From positions 124,001 through 158,999 of the forward strand of contig CAXBME010000020.1 in NCBI GenBank assembly GCA_963976765.1: 34,999 nt of DNA, in the 5' to 3' direction. Source of the stretch: an uncultured Planctomycetaceae bacterium. GTDB lineage: Bacteria > Planctomycetota > Planctomycetia > Planctomycetales > Planctomycetaceae. Shown here in pieces: positions 12,078-24,920 of this stretch. The notes beneath the pieces are model-generated. The model did no database searches and was not told where the DNA came from. It saw only the letters and a program-made list of their open reading frames with translations. Made by a program: the position numbers and the translations under genes. Within the stretch, counting starts at the first letter, position 1; each line of letters begins with the position of its first letter.

Positions 12078-14054
12078 TTAAATCGTTGGCTGCAATGTTG
12101 AACGCTTGGGCTCACTTGAAGGGCAGATTCTGACTGGCGTGTCGTGGTAGACAGCGCAGTCGCCTGCGTCGGTCGTCTGAGCTTTGATCAGAGCGTTAGC
12201 ACAGCGGCCTTTGTTCAGCCATCCGCCTTTGGGGAGAAGGACGATGTCGCGTCGCTGACTGACGTCGAACTTCAGGCGGACGGTCAGTTGACCGTGTTCA
12301 GATTCCAGTATCACGACGTCGTTGGCGTTGAAGCCGGACGCCGAATCGGGATGCACAGTTGCGGGCAGATGGTCGTCCTGTGTTCCGTCCAGCCATTGCG
12401 AGCCCTGCACGGCTGCAGTCGCCAGGGACGTCAGGAGCAGCGGGCGTTCTGGTGTGCCGGATGTTGGAGTCGTGTCGAGTGTTGTCGCGAGGTTTGCACG
12501 TCCGGTGGCGGTTGGAAATTTCCGATCAGCAAACATGACCGATGGTCCGTTGGGACTTCGCACCGGGCCTCGACGAATGTCGTCGAGGGAGGCTCCTCGT
12601 TTTTCGGATGGACTCAGCATGCGTCGTTTCCAGGTTTCGACGTCGTCCGAGAATTCGTTACTCAGTCCAACCAGAGGAGCGATCGCCTGCACGATTTCGT
12701 AGTCGGTTTTGACTTGATCAGGTGGCGTGACGACCGGTCGCATCTCGGCCAGCCAGTGATGGCCGTACGCGCCGAGCAGGTCGTCGTCTTCCAGCATCGT
12801 CGTTGTCGGCAGAACGATGTCTGCACATTGCGCGGTGTCAGTCAGGAATGAATCGACGACGACGGTCAGGTCGCGAGTTTTCAGTGCCCGTTTGACGGTT
12901 TCAGATTCCGGCAGCATGACGACCGGATTCGCGGCGGTGACCCACACCATTCGAACTGGTGGATCGTTCGCGGCGAGGATTCCCGGTCCGAACAGCGGTT
13001 CGGGAATTGTTCGCGGAGCGACGACTTCTCCTTGAAGAAACGAGTAGTCGAAGGCTCCTTTTCGGGCGAAGCAGTACGAGACTCCGCCGCCAGCGATGCC
13101 GAGATTTCCGGACACGGCGGCGAGTGCGTCGATCGCTCGGACGGTGGCGGCTCCGTTCGCACGGCGCTGCATGCCCCACCCGGCGATGATTGCCGACGGG
13201 CCGTTTGAGTAGTGACGGGCCAGTGAGACAATTTCGTCCGGTGAGACGTCGGCCCGGGCGGCCCACTGTTCAAGAGGCTGTGAACAGGCCAGTGATCTGA
13301 ATTCGTCAACGTTGTCGCAGTATGAATCGGCTGACGGATCGACTTTCCCGTTTTCAATCAGCCAGCAGGATATGCCCATTGCGAGTGCTGCGTCGCCTCC
13401 GGGGCGAGGCTGCACGTACTCGTCGCAAAGTTGAGCCGTCTGGTGGTGAACGGGATCGATCAGAATCAGACGCGTTCCGTTTTTCTTAGCCTCGCGCAGA
13501 ACCGGAAGAAGATGCACCTGACTGGCGTAAGGATTCTTTCCCCACAGGATGATCACCTTGCTGTTCAGCAGGTCGAAGATGTCGTGGCTGTCGACCGTGC
13601 CGAAATCGAGTTGCTGGGCAGCGTCTCCAGCGCCCGTGCAGACGTCGCCGGTCTTAATCGTCACCGGCCCGAACCGTTCAAAGAAGTAATCGGTGACCAG
13701 TTTCATCATGCCCATCGAGCCGCCGCAGCGATAATGCATGATGGATGCCGGACCGGATTCCTCCCGAAACCGAAGCATTGATTCGGCGATGCGACTGAGA
13801 ACGCTTTCCCAGGATGCCGGTCGAAAACTATCACCATCCCGCACCAGCGGAGTCGTCAGTCGCTCAGGTGAATATTGCCGCTCAAGGAAACGGCTGGTTC
13901 GATGGCAGAGAAAACCTTTCGTGATCGGGTGATCGGGATCACCGGCGATCTTTGTCACGCGGTTTTTCTCGACGGTCGCAACGATGCTGCAGGCGTCGCC
14001 GCAATCGCGGTTGCAAGCCGTCCTGACGGTTCGTTGCTCTGTCGCGTCGATCAT
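12078..14054 (-). CDS. Molybdopterin-dependent oxidoreductase (DMSO reductase superfamily)
   Basis: N-terminal CNRDCGDAC...GFLC Fe-S motif, IILWGKNP, TDTAQCADIVLP, C-terminal molybdopterin dinucleotide-binding domain. Confidence 0.92.
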   Translation of the reverse strand: MIDATEQRTVRTACNRDCGDACSIVATVEKNRVTKIAGDPDHPITKGFLCHRTSRFLERQYSPERLTTPLVRDGDSFRPASWESVLSRIAESMLRFREESGPASIMHYRCGGSMGMMKLVTDYFFERFGPVTIKTGDVCTGAGDAAQQLDFGTVDSHDIFDLLNSKVIILWGKNPYASQVHLLPVLREAKKNGTRLILIDPVHHQTAQLCDEYVQPRPGGDAALAMGISCWLIENGKVDPSADSYCDNVDEFRSLACSQPLEQWAARADVSPDEIVSLARHYSNGPSAIIAGWGMQRRANGAATVRAIDALAAVSGNLGIAGGGVSYCFARKGAFDYSFLQGEVVAPRTIPEPLFGPGILAANDPPVRMVWVTAANPVVMLPESETVKRALKTRDLTVVVDSFLTDTAQCADIVLPTTTMLEDDDLLGAYGHHWLAEMRPVVTPPDQVKTDYEIVQAIAPLVGLSNEFSDDVETWKRRMLSPSEKRGASLDDIRRGPVRSPNGPSVMFADRKFPTATGRANLATTLDTTPTSGTPERPLLLTSLATAAVQGSQWLDGTQDDHLPATVHPDSASGFNANDVVILESEHGQLTVRLKFDVSQRRDIVLLPKGGWLNKGRCANALIKAQTTDAGDCAVYHDTPVRICPSSEPKRSTLQPTI

Positions 14055-14594
14055 GCTGAATCCTTGCGAAAATCCTGTTCGGAGCCAATTTCCTGAGACT
14101 GTGTTTCGTCAGGTTCTTCACGTCTCTGCGACCTCGTGTGAGAATCTGCAAGAACCACGAATCAATTCATCGAGGGGCGGCCTGAAGTTGATTGGTCATA
14201 TTTTCACTTTGTCGATAACTGCTCACGTGAAGTCGTAAAGACGCGAAGGAAATGCTGGACACCAGAAGTCTGCGTTTCTCAACGGCAGGTAGCCGTGTCC
14301 CGCATTCACGCTTGAGAGACCGGTTGCCATGCGGAGGTTCGGCGGACGAAGGGATTCTGGCTGTGTGGTGGCGGCAGGTCCAGCGGTTTTTGATGCCGCG
14401 TGAGGCTGACAGGGTATGATTGCCGCCATGTGGATGGGCCTGGTTGCATCGTTGATTCGTCGTCGGTCATGATGCCGTGTTGAATTCGGCGATGGTTGGC
14501 CGGAAAGAATGCAATTCCTGTTGTGGATATTGGAAATAGACAAATGGCGATTTCTGGTTGCCGGAGTTTTGACGCAGATTCTGTGTTGAGCAAC

Positions 14595-15374
14595 GTGGTT
14601 TCGAAGTTCCTGGCCGTCGTCTTGTTGAGCGTGCTGGCTGGCCGTACGACTCTTGGGGAAGACCTGGGGACGCTCAGTGGACGGGTTGTTTTTAAGGGGA
14701 AGCCGCCCGCCGCAGAGAAAGTTGATCTAAACAAGGACATCGCCATCTGTTCGAAGACTCATCCGCTGGATGAAGAGTTGCTGGTCAATCCTCAAAATGG
14801 AGGTCTGGCGAACGTCGTTGTCTGGCTTGAGCTTGAGAAGGGGCAGGAACTGCCCGAAGTCGTTCTACCAAAGGAACGCAAGCTGCCGACCGAGGTGGTG
14901 ATGACAAACAGAAACTGCCGCTTCGAACCTCACATCGCGGTTTTGACTACAAAGCAGACGCTGGTGCTGGGGAACGACGACCCGGTGGCCCACAACACGC
15001 TGGCCAACCTCTTCTACAACACACCTTTTAATGAGGCAATTGGCACCGGGGCCACGGTCAAAAAGCAACTGACCAAGGTTGAGCGTCGGCCTGCTCAGGT
15101 GTCCTGCCCGATCCATTCCTGGATGAAAGGCTGGGTCGTTGTGAAGGATCATTCCTACGTCGCGGTGAGCGATTCACATGGTCGATTTCAAATTCGCGAT
15201 TTGCCTCCGGGCGAGTGGACTTTTCAGTTCTGGCAGGAAAAAGCCGGTTACCTTTCGAAGATGGAACTTCAGTCGGGCACGGTTGAGGACAAAAAGGGCA
15301 TTTACCGGCTGACGGTTAAACCGGGGAAAAACGAACTCGGCGAAATTTCGGTCGATATTTCGCTGTTCAAATGA
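14595..15374 (+). CDS. Exported protein with cupredoxin-like and carboxypeptidase-regulatory-like domains
   Basis: Signal peptide; CRFEPH, NDDPVAHN, CPIHSWM, GRFQIRDLPPGEW; start uncertain (14496-14595). Confidence 0.7.
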   Translation: MVSKFLAVVLLSVLAGRTTLGEDLGTLSGRVVFKGKPPAAEKVDLNKDIAICSKTHPLDEELLVNPQNGGLANVVVWLELEKGQELPEVVLPKERKLPTEVVMTNRNCRFEPHIAVLTTKQTLVLGNDDPVAHNTLANLFYNTPFNEAIGTGATVKKQLTKVERRPAQVSCPIHSWMKGWVVVKDHSYVAVSDSHGRFQIRDLPPGEWTFQFWQEKAGYLSKMELQSGTVEDKKGIYRLTVKPGKNELGEISVDISLFK

Positions 15375-15536
15375 CCTGACCGGCGCGGCGCCCCTGGAAA
15401 CGCCAGAAATTCGGATTAGTCGCGGGTTTATCGGATTCCGGCAACTGGTGTCGCCGATGGGCAAGTCTTTACAATCCGCCGCAGCGCAGCCGCCATGAAG
15501 AGATGGTTGAAGCAAACTCACCAGCAATCGGCAGGT

Positions 15537-15572
15537 CTCGTGCAGCAAAACGAGCCTCGTGCAGCAAAACGA
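15537..15572 (+). repeat. Perfect 17-bp tandem direct repeat upstream of acnA
   Basis: CTCGTGCAGCAAAACGA at 15537-15553 and 15556-15572. Confidence 0.9.
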
Positions 15573-15611
15573 ATTGATCAGTCGCGAATTCAGACTCCGG
15601 AGAAGAACGAA

Positions 15612-18284
<2,673 letters not shown>

Positions 18285-18312
18285 TGACGAAACGCCAGGG
18301 ATAAATGACAAC

Positions 18313-18350
18313 AGAGGCTGCTGAGGCATTTTTGCTTTGCAGCCTCTTTT
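18313..18350 (+). terminator. Probable intrinsic terminator after acnA
   Basis: AGAGGCTGC...GCAGCCTCT stem followed by a T run. Confidence 0.65.
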
Positions 18351-18386
18351 AATAGTAAGCCAATGAGTCGATGTGAAAGACAAAAG

Positions 18387-19415
18387 ATGAAAGCGCTGCA
18401 GTTTGAAGAACCGAAGAAGATCATCCAGATTGATATTGAAGATCCGGGACAGCCCGGGCCTGGCCAGGCGTTGGTTCGGACGCATCGCATGGGGATTTGT
18501 GGGACGGATCTTGGCGGGTTTCTCGGGAAGATGCCGTTTTTCAAGTATCCGCGCGTGCCGGGGCACGAACTTGGGGTGGAAGTGATCGCCGTTGGCGAAG
18601 GTGTTTCCAATGTGCAGGTTGGCGACCGCTGTAGCGTTGAGCCGTACATGAACTGCGGTGAGTGCTACGCCTGCCGAAAAGGCAACGGCAATTGTTGTGA
18701 GAACCTGAACGTTATCGGTGTAATGGTGGATGGCGGGCTCTGTGAGCGGTTCATCATTCGAGCAGATAAACTGCACGCTTCAACGAAGCTGACGATGGAG
18801 CAGCTGGCTCTGGTCGAGACGCTGGCCATCGGCTGTCACGCGACCGACCGTGGCGAGGCGAAAGAGGGCGACCATGTTCTGATCATCGGAGCCGGACCAA
18901 TCGGCCTGGCGACGCTTGAGTTCACTCGGCTGACCGGTGCTACGGTCACCGTGATGGACATGGTTGAGTCGAGACTCGAATTCTGCAAAGAGAACTACGG
19001 AATTCAGCACACGGTCCAGTTCAAAGGCGATGGTTCAGAGGTTGAACAGATGAGGCAGATTACCGGCGGCGACATGTACGCCGTTGTGACTGACGCGACG
19101 GGGCATAACGGATCAATGAGCCAGGCGCTGAATTTTTGTGCTCACACGGGAGTGCTGGTTTACGTTGGCATTTCGACCGCCGAAGTCAGCTTTCCGCATC
19201 CGTGGCAACATCGTCGCGAACTCGATATTCGAGGCTCGCGTAATGCGCTGCCGACTGACTTTCCGCGAATTATCGGCTTGATCGAAGATGGTACGATCAA
19301 TACGGATCCGTGGGTGACTCACCGGTGCAGCTTTGACGAAGTGATTGACAATTTTGAGTCGTACACTCGACCCGAAACGGGCGTCATTAAGGCGGTCATT
19401 GAAGTAGCCAACTGA
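18387..19415 (+). CDS. Zn-binding alcohol dehydrogenase (sugar-acid dehydrogenase-like)
   Basis: GICGTD, GHE, CGECYACRKG...C, GAGPIG. Confidence 0.93.
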   Translation: MKALQFEEPKKIIQIDIEDPGQPGPGQALVRTHRMGICGTDLGGFLGKMPFFKYPRVPGHELGVEVIAVGEGVSNVQVGDRCSVEPYMNCGECYACRKGNGNCCENLNVIGVMVDGGLCERFIIRADKLHASTKLTMEQLALVETLAIGCHATDRGEAKEGDHVLIIGAGPIGLATLEFTRLTGATVTVMDMVESRLEFCKENYGIQHTVQFKGDGSEVEQMRQITGGDMYAVVTDATGHNGSMSQALNFCAHTGVLVYVGISTAEVSFPHPWQHRRELDIRGSRNALPTDFPRIIGLIEDGTINTDPWVTHRCSFDEVIDNFESYTRPETGVIKAVIEVAN

Positions 19416-19491
19416 TCGATCACATGAATTCGTGAAGTTCTTGAGTCTCGCGTTCGGGATGCAAGTTCGGCCTCTTGGAAGTTGAATCATC

Positions 19492-22206
19492 GTGGACACG
19501 ACTGCAATCGTCCCGGCTGAAACGCTGCGTATCGAAGCTGAGTCTCGGCGAGAGCCTGGTGCTAACTGGAAACGCTGGGGTTCATACCTGTCCGAACGGC
19601 AATGGGGGACGGTCCGGGAAGACTACTCTCCCAATGGGCGACCGTGGCACTATTTTCCGTTCGACGATGCTCACTGGCGAACTTATCGCTGGGGTGAAGA
19701 TGGCCTGCTGGGCATCACCGATCGGCAGTGTCGGCTTTGTTTTTCGCTGGCTCTGTGGAATGGCAAAGACCCGATTCTCAAAGAGAGACTGTTCGGTCTG
19801 TCCGGCCCGGAGGGAAATCATGGCGAGGATGTCAAAGAGTGCTACTACTACCTCGACGCGACTCCGACGCATTCCTACATGAAGGGGCTTTACAAGTACC
19901 CGCAGTCAGAATTTCCATACGAGAAGATCCGCTCGACGAACGCCGGGCGAAATCGATCAGAGCTTGAGTACGAACTCACCGATACCGGGGTCTTCGACGA
20001 GGATCGCTACTTCGATGTGTTCGTCGAGTATGCCAAAGCGAATCCGGAAGACATTCTCATCAAGGTGACGATTGCGAATCGCGGGCCGGACGCTGCGTCG
20101 CTTGATGTATTGCCAACTCTTTGGTTTCGCAATACGTGGTCATGGGGCGACACTCACGAATCTGACGTTCCGAAACCTCGTCTCAGCAAGGTTGACGACG
20201 GCACACTGCTTGCCGACCACACAACGTTGGGACAATTCAGGTTTTCTGCGGATAAGGATCCTGCTGGCGCGAAGCCGGACTGGCTCTTTACTGAAAATGA
20301 GACCAACAATTGGAAGCTGGAAGACGCCAACAGCCATAAGCCTTCGTGCAAAGATGCGTTCCATCTTTACGTCGTTAATGGCCTGGCTGGAGCAATCAAC
20401 GTCAAACCTTTCGGGACAAAGGCTGCAGCTCATTACCATCTTGAAATTGAGGCGGGGGCTGAGGTAACGCTGCGTTTTCGTTTGAGTAACGATCAGGATG
20501 TTCCGACGGAAGTGTTCGGCTCAGCATTTGATGACATGTTTGCTCAGCGACTTGCTGAAGCCGATGGTTTCTACGCGGAAAATTCCGCGCCGGGGCTGAC
20601 CGAAGATGAGAAACGAGTTCTTCGTCAGGCGAGCGCGGGGCTACTCTGGACCAAGCAGTTCTACTGTTACTCGGTCGCCGAGTGGATGAAGGGGGCGGAT
20701 CACGCCAGTACGGTGCCGGCCGCTCGGACGAACCTGCGAAATCATGACTGGCCCCATCTTTACAACCGAGACATCATCTCGATGCCGGACAAGTGGGAGT
20801 ACCCCTGGTACGCCGCATGGGATTCGGCGTTTCATATGATTCCGTTCGCGAATCTCGATCCACATTTCGCCAAGGATCAGGCATTACTGTTTCTCCGCGA
20901 ATGGTACATGCACCCAAACGGGCAGATGCCGGCGTACGAGTGGAACTTCAGTGACGTGAATCCACCGGTTCATGCCTGGGCATGCTGGCGTATTTACACA
21001 ATGACCGGGCCGCCGGAGCAACGCGACCGGTTGTTTCTTTCTCGCGTTTTTCAGAAGTTGCTGCTCAACTTTACCTGGTGGGTAAATCGAAAAGACCCTC
21101 GAGGCAAGCACATCTTTACTGGCGGATTCCTTGGCCTGGACAATATCGGGATTTTCGACCGATCCCGGCCACTGCCGACCGGAGGCCATCTGGAACAAGC
21201 TGATGGCACTGCATGGATGGCGTACTACTGTTCGAGCATGTTGTCGATTGCGTTCGAACTGGCAAATTACAACGCCGCCTACGGAGACATTGCGTCGAAA
21301 TTTTTCGAGCATTATGTCGCCATTGCTGAAGCGATGAATTCACTCGACGGGACCGGCCTGTGGGACGAAACCGACGGGTTTTACTACGACCATCTCCACG
21401 TCGATGGGAAGAGTGTCCCGCTGAAAATTCGTTCGATGGTCGGAATCATTCCATTGTTCACGGTCGATATCCTGGAAGAAGCGGCCATCGACAAAGTGTC
21501 CGGTTTCAGAAAACGCATGGACTGGTTTCTGAAGCATCGCAAAGACGTTGTTGATCAGATGACATGCCTGGAACGTAATGTCGACGACGGCAGTCCGGAT
21601 GGCGCTAAGGGGACGATGCGGTTATTGGCCATTCCGACTCGCGAACGGCTCGAACGGATTCTTCGATATCTCCTCGACGAGGATGAGTTTCTTTCGCCGT
21701 TCGGCATCCGATCACTCTCAAAATTCCACGAAGACAATCCGTTTATCTATCAGATCAACGGTGAAGAACTACGTGTTCAATACATTCCGGGTGAATCGGA
21801 CAGCCCGATGTTTGGTGGCAACTCCAACTGGCGAGGGCCGATCTGGTTTCCGCTCAACTATCTGCTGCTGGAGGCGCTGGAGCGTTACCACCGATTCTAC
21901 GGCGACGATCTGCGCGTCGAATGTCCGACCGGCTCAGGCAACTACATGAATCTCGAACAGGTCGCTGACGAAATTCGACGTCGTCTTGCAAAACTGTTTC
22001 TCAAAGACGAGGCGGGAACTCGACCAAGCTACTCGCGCAGCGAAGGGCTATTGAACGATCCACACTGGCGCGATCTTGTTCTTTTCTACGAGTACTTCGA
22101 TGCGGACACCGGTCGAGGGCTTGGAGCCAGTCACCAGACCGGCTGGACGGCCTTGATCGCGCCGATTCTGGAGACGCTTGCCAATCGGCGTGGACCAGCG
22201 AGTTGA
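19492..22206 (+). CDS. MGH1-like / GH63-related glucosidase
   Basis: WGSYLSERQWGTVREDYS, SMPDKWEYPWYAAWD, GGNSNWRGPIWFP, GLGASHQTGWT. Confidence 0.9.
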   Translation: MDTTAIVPAETLRIEAESRREPGANWKRWGSYLSERQWGTVREDYSPNGRPWHYFPFDDAHWRTYRWGEDGLLGITDRQCRLCFSLALWNGKDPILKERLFGLSGPEGNHGEDVKECYYYLDATPTHSYMKGLYKYPQSEFPYEKIRSTNAGRNRSELEYELTDTGVFDEDRYFDVFVEYAKANPEDILIKVTIANRGPDAASLDVLPTLWFRNTWSWGDTHESDVPKPRLSKVDDGTLLADHTTLGQFRFSADKDPAGAKPDWLFTENETNNWKLEDANSHKPSCKDAFHLYVVNGLAGAINVKPFGTKAAAHYHLEIEAGAEVTLRFRLSNDQDVPTEVFGSAFDDMFAQRLAEADGFYAENSAPGLTEDEKRVLRQASAGLLWTKQFYCYSVAEWMKGADHASTVPAARTNLRNHDWPHLYNRDIISMPDKWEYPWYAAWDSAFHMIPFANLDPHFAKDQALLFLREWYMHPNGQMPAYEWNFSDVNPPVHAWACWRIYTMTGPPEQRDRLFLSRVFQKLLLNFTWWVNRKDPRGKHIFTGGFLGLDNIGIFDRSRPLPTGGHLEQADGTAWMAYYCSSMLSIAFELANYNAAYGDIASKFFEHYVAIAEAMNSLDGTGLWDETDGFYYDHLHVDGKSVPLKIRSMVGIIPLFTVDILEEAAIDKVSGFRKRMDWFLKHRKDVVDQMTCLERNVDDGSPDGAKGTMRLLAIPTRERLERILRYLLDEDEFLSPFGIRSLSKFHEDNPFIYQINGEELRVQYIPGESDSPMFGGNSNWRGPIWFPLNYLLLEALERYHRFYGDDLRVECPTGSGNYMNLEQVADEIRRRLAKLFLKDEAGTRPSYSRSEGLLNDPHWRDLVLFYEYFDADTGRGLGASHQTGWTALIAPILETLANRRGPAS

Positions 22207-22333
22207 CAGTCGATTGGTTTCGACAGGCTTGTCAGTTTGCAGCAGTTCCTGTGCTTCGTGATCGGGTCGGCAACGGTTTTGAGGGTGGCGACTTTAAGGG
22301 GCAACTGTCGCAAGCGTGCTCTTCGTTATCGAT

Positions 22334-22789
22334 CTAGTCGTTCGTAGCGGGATCGCGGCTCTCAAGGACGCTTTTCAGGTTGTCGAGTTCACGCTGGGCT
22401 TCTTTGCAGCCAGCGGGGCCCATCATCCAGCCGAACAGAAAGAAGAACACTTTCAACAGTCCCTTCGGCGAGATGACTGACTTCTGCGTGACACGCGTTC
22501 CGGCGGGAGTCCGTTCAAAGAAGTAAGCGGCTTCGATGCCAAAAGCGTCGCCGACCAGATCGATCGCCGAAACATGCGGGGGTTCCCATCTGGTTACCAC
22601 GCCCTGAAAATTCATTTTCCTGCCGTTGCTTTGGGTAATGCACTTGAACGTGGTGCCAACCCGGTCTGGCGTTTCTTCGATGACCGTATCTTCAACGACG
22701 GTGATGCTCCACTCGACGACGTGGTTGTTGGTGAAATCAAACACTTCTTCGATCGGGCGACTGATTTCAACGCTGGCTTTAGTCTTCAT
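22334..22789 (-). CDS. SRPBCC (polyketide cyclase/START-like) family protein
   Basis: SVEISRPIEEVFDF...W; VTRWEPP; C-terminal helix ELDNLKSVLE. Confidence 0.88.
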   Translation of the reverse strand: MKTKASVEISRPIEEVFDFTNNHVVEWSITVVEDTVIEETPDRVGTTFKCITQSNGRKMNFQGVVTRWEPPHVSAIDLVGDAFGIEAAYFFERTPAGTRVTQKSVISPKGLLKVFFFLFGWMMGPAGCKEAQRELDNLKSVLESRDPATND

Positions 22790-22928
22790 GGTTTTCTCCG
22801 ACGAACCGGCTGCGAGTCATGTAAAGCGACTTCGGTAAACGACGAGGTGACGGAAACGTTAAACCGGATCGGGCTTCGGTTTCTGTCATCCTGACGGTTA
22901 CGGATCAGAGAATCAATTTCCGACGTTG

Positions 22929-23318
22929 TTACGCGGCTCTTCGGCTGCGTCGCCGCCGCTGAGGAGCGTGCAGCGGAATGACGTCCGGGTCGACTCCTTC
23001 TCTGACAATGCGACCGGCCATCAGTCGGTAGAGGGCGAGCAGAATAAATGCTCCGCCCGTCGATGCGAAAAATCCCAGCGTGCTGATCGGAGTCAGTCTC
23101 GGGCTATCGAATGCGTACATCGCAATTCCGCAGCCAATGACACAGCCAGCGATGCCGATGACCAGAGTGACAACCGCTCCGCCTGGATCACGTCCTGGCA
23201 TGATGGCTTTGGCGGTCAGCCCGACCAGAGTCCCAAAGCCAATCCACTCAAGCATCGCGTGAGCGGTTTCGTCCATCGCTTTAAGCAGTTTGGGATCCAC
23301 CATTTCCGGGTCAAACAT
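22929..23318 (-). CDS. GlsB/YeaQ/YmgE family membrane protein
   Basis: WIGFGTLVGLTAKAIMPGRDPGG..VTLVIGIAG, GAFILLALYR; start probably ATG 23318. Confidence 0.88.
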   Translation of the reverse strand: MFDPEMVDPKLLKAMDETAHAMLEWIGFGTLVGLTAKAIMPGRDPGGAVVTLVIGIAGCVIGCGIAMYAFDSPRLTPISTLGFFASTGGAFILLALYRLMAGRIVREGVDPDVIPLHAPQRRRRSRRAA

Positions 23319-23579
23319 CGTTGCGAACGCCTTTTCATCAGTCTGCGGCTCCGCCGCGGAAACGCTGGAGCCACCCCGACAGAAGACGGCTCTCGACTTT
23401 AGATTAGTCGGCAGTCTAATCGCCGATTCTGAAATAAAGCGACACCGGTTCCTTACAGTTTGACTGCACCGACCAGGCAATTTTACGGCTTTCCCTCCCA
23501 AATTCCGGGGAAATGTGTAAGTACGTTCTGTTTGGTAGGGCTTTCAGTCAGGACTGTCTCAGATAAAGAGGCCATCACC

Positions 23580-24920
23580 ATGAGTATTCATCGAGTCTCG
23601 CAGCATACTTACAACAATGGCGAGCCTTACCGAATAGCCAGAGGCCAACGCAGCGACCGCCCCTCGGTCGAGCAACTGGCGACCCCGATCCATCCCGTTC
23701 TGGATCTTTCTCGCGACCCGAGCGTCGAACACTTCATCAGAATCGTGCGTCGTGAATTGAAGATTCGGGGCTACAGCCAAAAAAGTCAGACCAGCTACTG
23801 TTCCGTGTTGAACAGTTTTCTGAAGTGGTACTGTCATGCGCTTTGCGAAGTGACTCCAGACGACGTGCGAGACTACCTGGAACTGCTCGTCGATAGTGGA
23901 GCAAGCACGTCTCATCTTTCGGTTTCGCTCTCGGCGATCAGAACGGCATTCGACAAGTTCTGCGGTCTGGACTGCACTCGAGGAATTGTAACTCCCAGAC
24001 GTCGGCATAAATTGCCGATCGTATTGAGTGAAACCGAAGTCCGACGGTTGCTCGAAGCGGCCACAAGTCTGCGCGATAAGTTGATGCTGGGCATCATGTA
24101 CGCCGCTGGCCTGCGAGTCAGTGAAGTCGTTCGACTCCGCTGGGAAGATTTGGATTTTGAACGGAACACCATTCACATTCACCAGGGTAAGGGACACAAA
24201 GACCGCCTGGTCATGCTGCCGACAAGTTTCCAGCCAGTGCTGGCTAAATTCTCAGAACTCAATGCGCATCGTGGTTACCTCTTTCCGAGCGAAGGGTCGC
24301 GCAAAGGACGCCATCTTTCACCACGGACAGCCCAGCGAGCGATGGAACATGCCGTCAAACTGGCCGGCATCACGAAGCCCGCGACTTGCCATTCGTTGCG
24401 TCATAGCTTTGCAACTCACTTGCTGGAACACGGAACCGACGTTCGATTCATTCAAAAACTGCTGGGACATGCCCGGCTCGAAACAACAACCATCTATGCC
24501 AAAGTTGCCATTAACAAAGCAGGCCAGATAGAAAGCCCCCTCGACCGGATTGCTTATGCTTCTGAGATCGCACCGGACAAGGCCACAAACGAAGTACAAC
24601 AGTCTTCTCCAGCGAAAACGACGCCGCCATCGGTCGGCAAGCTGCGGCTGAGTGTTGCTGCACCATCGAAGGACAAGCACGGGGGCCAGGCAGCCGCCTG
24701 CTCCGTTGAAATCATTCGATCGACCGAGTCAGTAACTCTACCCGGCATCTCGATTCGTGAATCACGGCCAGGCTGGATCGCGCTGGAACTGCCCCCACTG
24801 GAAGACTGGCAATCGACTCTTGCCCAGCTGCCCGCGGCGCAGCAGCAACGCATTCAGGAGCCGACCTTCTACGACCTGCTTCATCGTGAGCTGTCTCGAC
24901 GATATCTGGCTCTGAAGTAA
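23580..24920 (+). CDS. Tyrosine recombinase (integron-integrase-like N-terminal SAM domain, no IntI insertion, extra C-terminal domain)
   Basis: RELKIRGYSQKSQTSY N-domain; catalytic R (GLRVSE), K (GKGHKDR), HxxR (HSLRH), H (LLGH) and Y (TTTIY) all intact; ATG 23580 preceded by GAGG. Confidence 0.95.
   Translation: MSIHRVSQHTYNNGEPYRIARGQRSDRPSVEQLATPIHPVLDLSRDPSVEHFIRIVRRELKIRGYSQKSQTSYCSVLNSFLKWYCHALCEVTPDDVRDYLELLVDSGASTSHLSVSLSAIRTAFDKFCGLDCTRGIVTPRRRHKLPIVLSETEVRRLLEAATSLRDKLMLGIMYAAGLRVSEVVRLRWEDLDFERNTIHIHQGKGHKDRLVMLPTSFQPVLAKFSELNAHRGYLFPSEGSRKGRHLSPRTAQRAMEHAVKLAGITKPATCHSLRHSFATHLLEHGTDVRFIQKLLGHARLETTTIYAKVAINKAGQIESPLDRIAYASEIAPDKATNEVQQSSPAKTTPPSVGKLRLSVAAPSKDKHGGQAAACSVEIIRSTESVTLPGISIRESRPGWIALELPPLEDWQSTLAQLPAAQQQRIQEPTFYDLLHRELSRRYLALK

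Noticed and set aside
12078..14054. Selenocysteine-containing molybdoenzyme, given the nearby selC
   Set aside because: The ORF is uninterrupted, with Cys (VCTGAG) at the likely Mo-ligand position and no in-frame TGA.
14055..14500. Moco riboswitch upstream of the oxidoreductase
   Set aside because: I could not identify the conserved motif or stems by eye; an Rfam scan would be needed.
23395..23431. Short inverted repeats (GATTAG/CTAATC) between the divergent GlsB-like gene and the recombinase as an SOS box
   Set aside because: Too short to separate from chance, and I cannot match them to a known planctomycete operator.
23580..24920. Labelling the recombinase intI or xerC/xerD
   Set aside because: It has no IntI insertion, and the C-terminal extension and cassette context do not fit housekeeping Xer; no symbol assigned.
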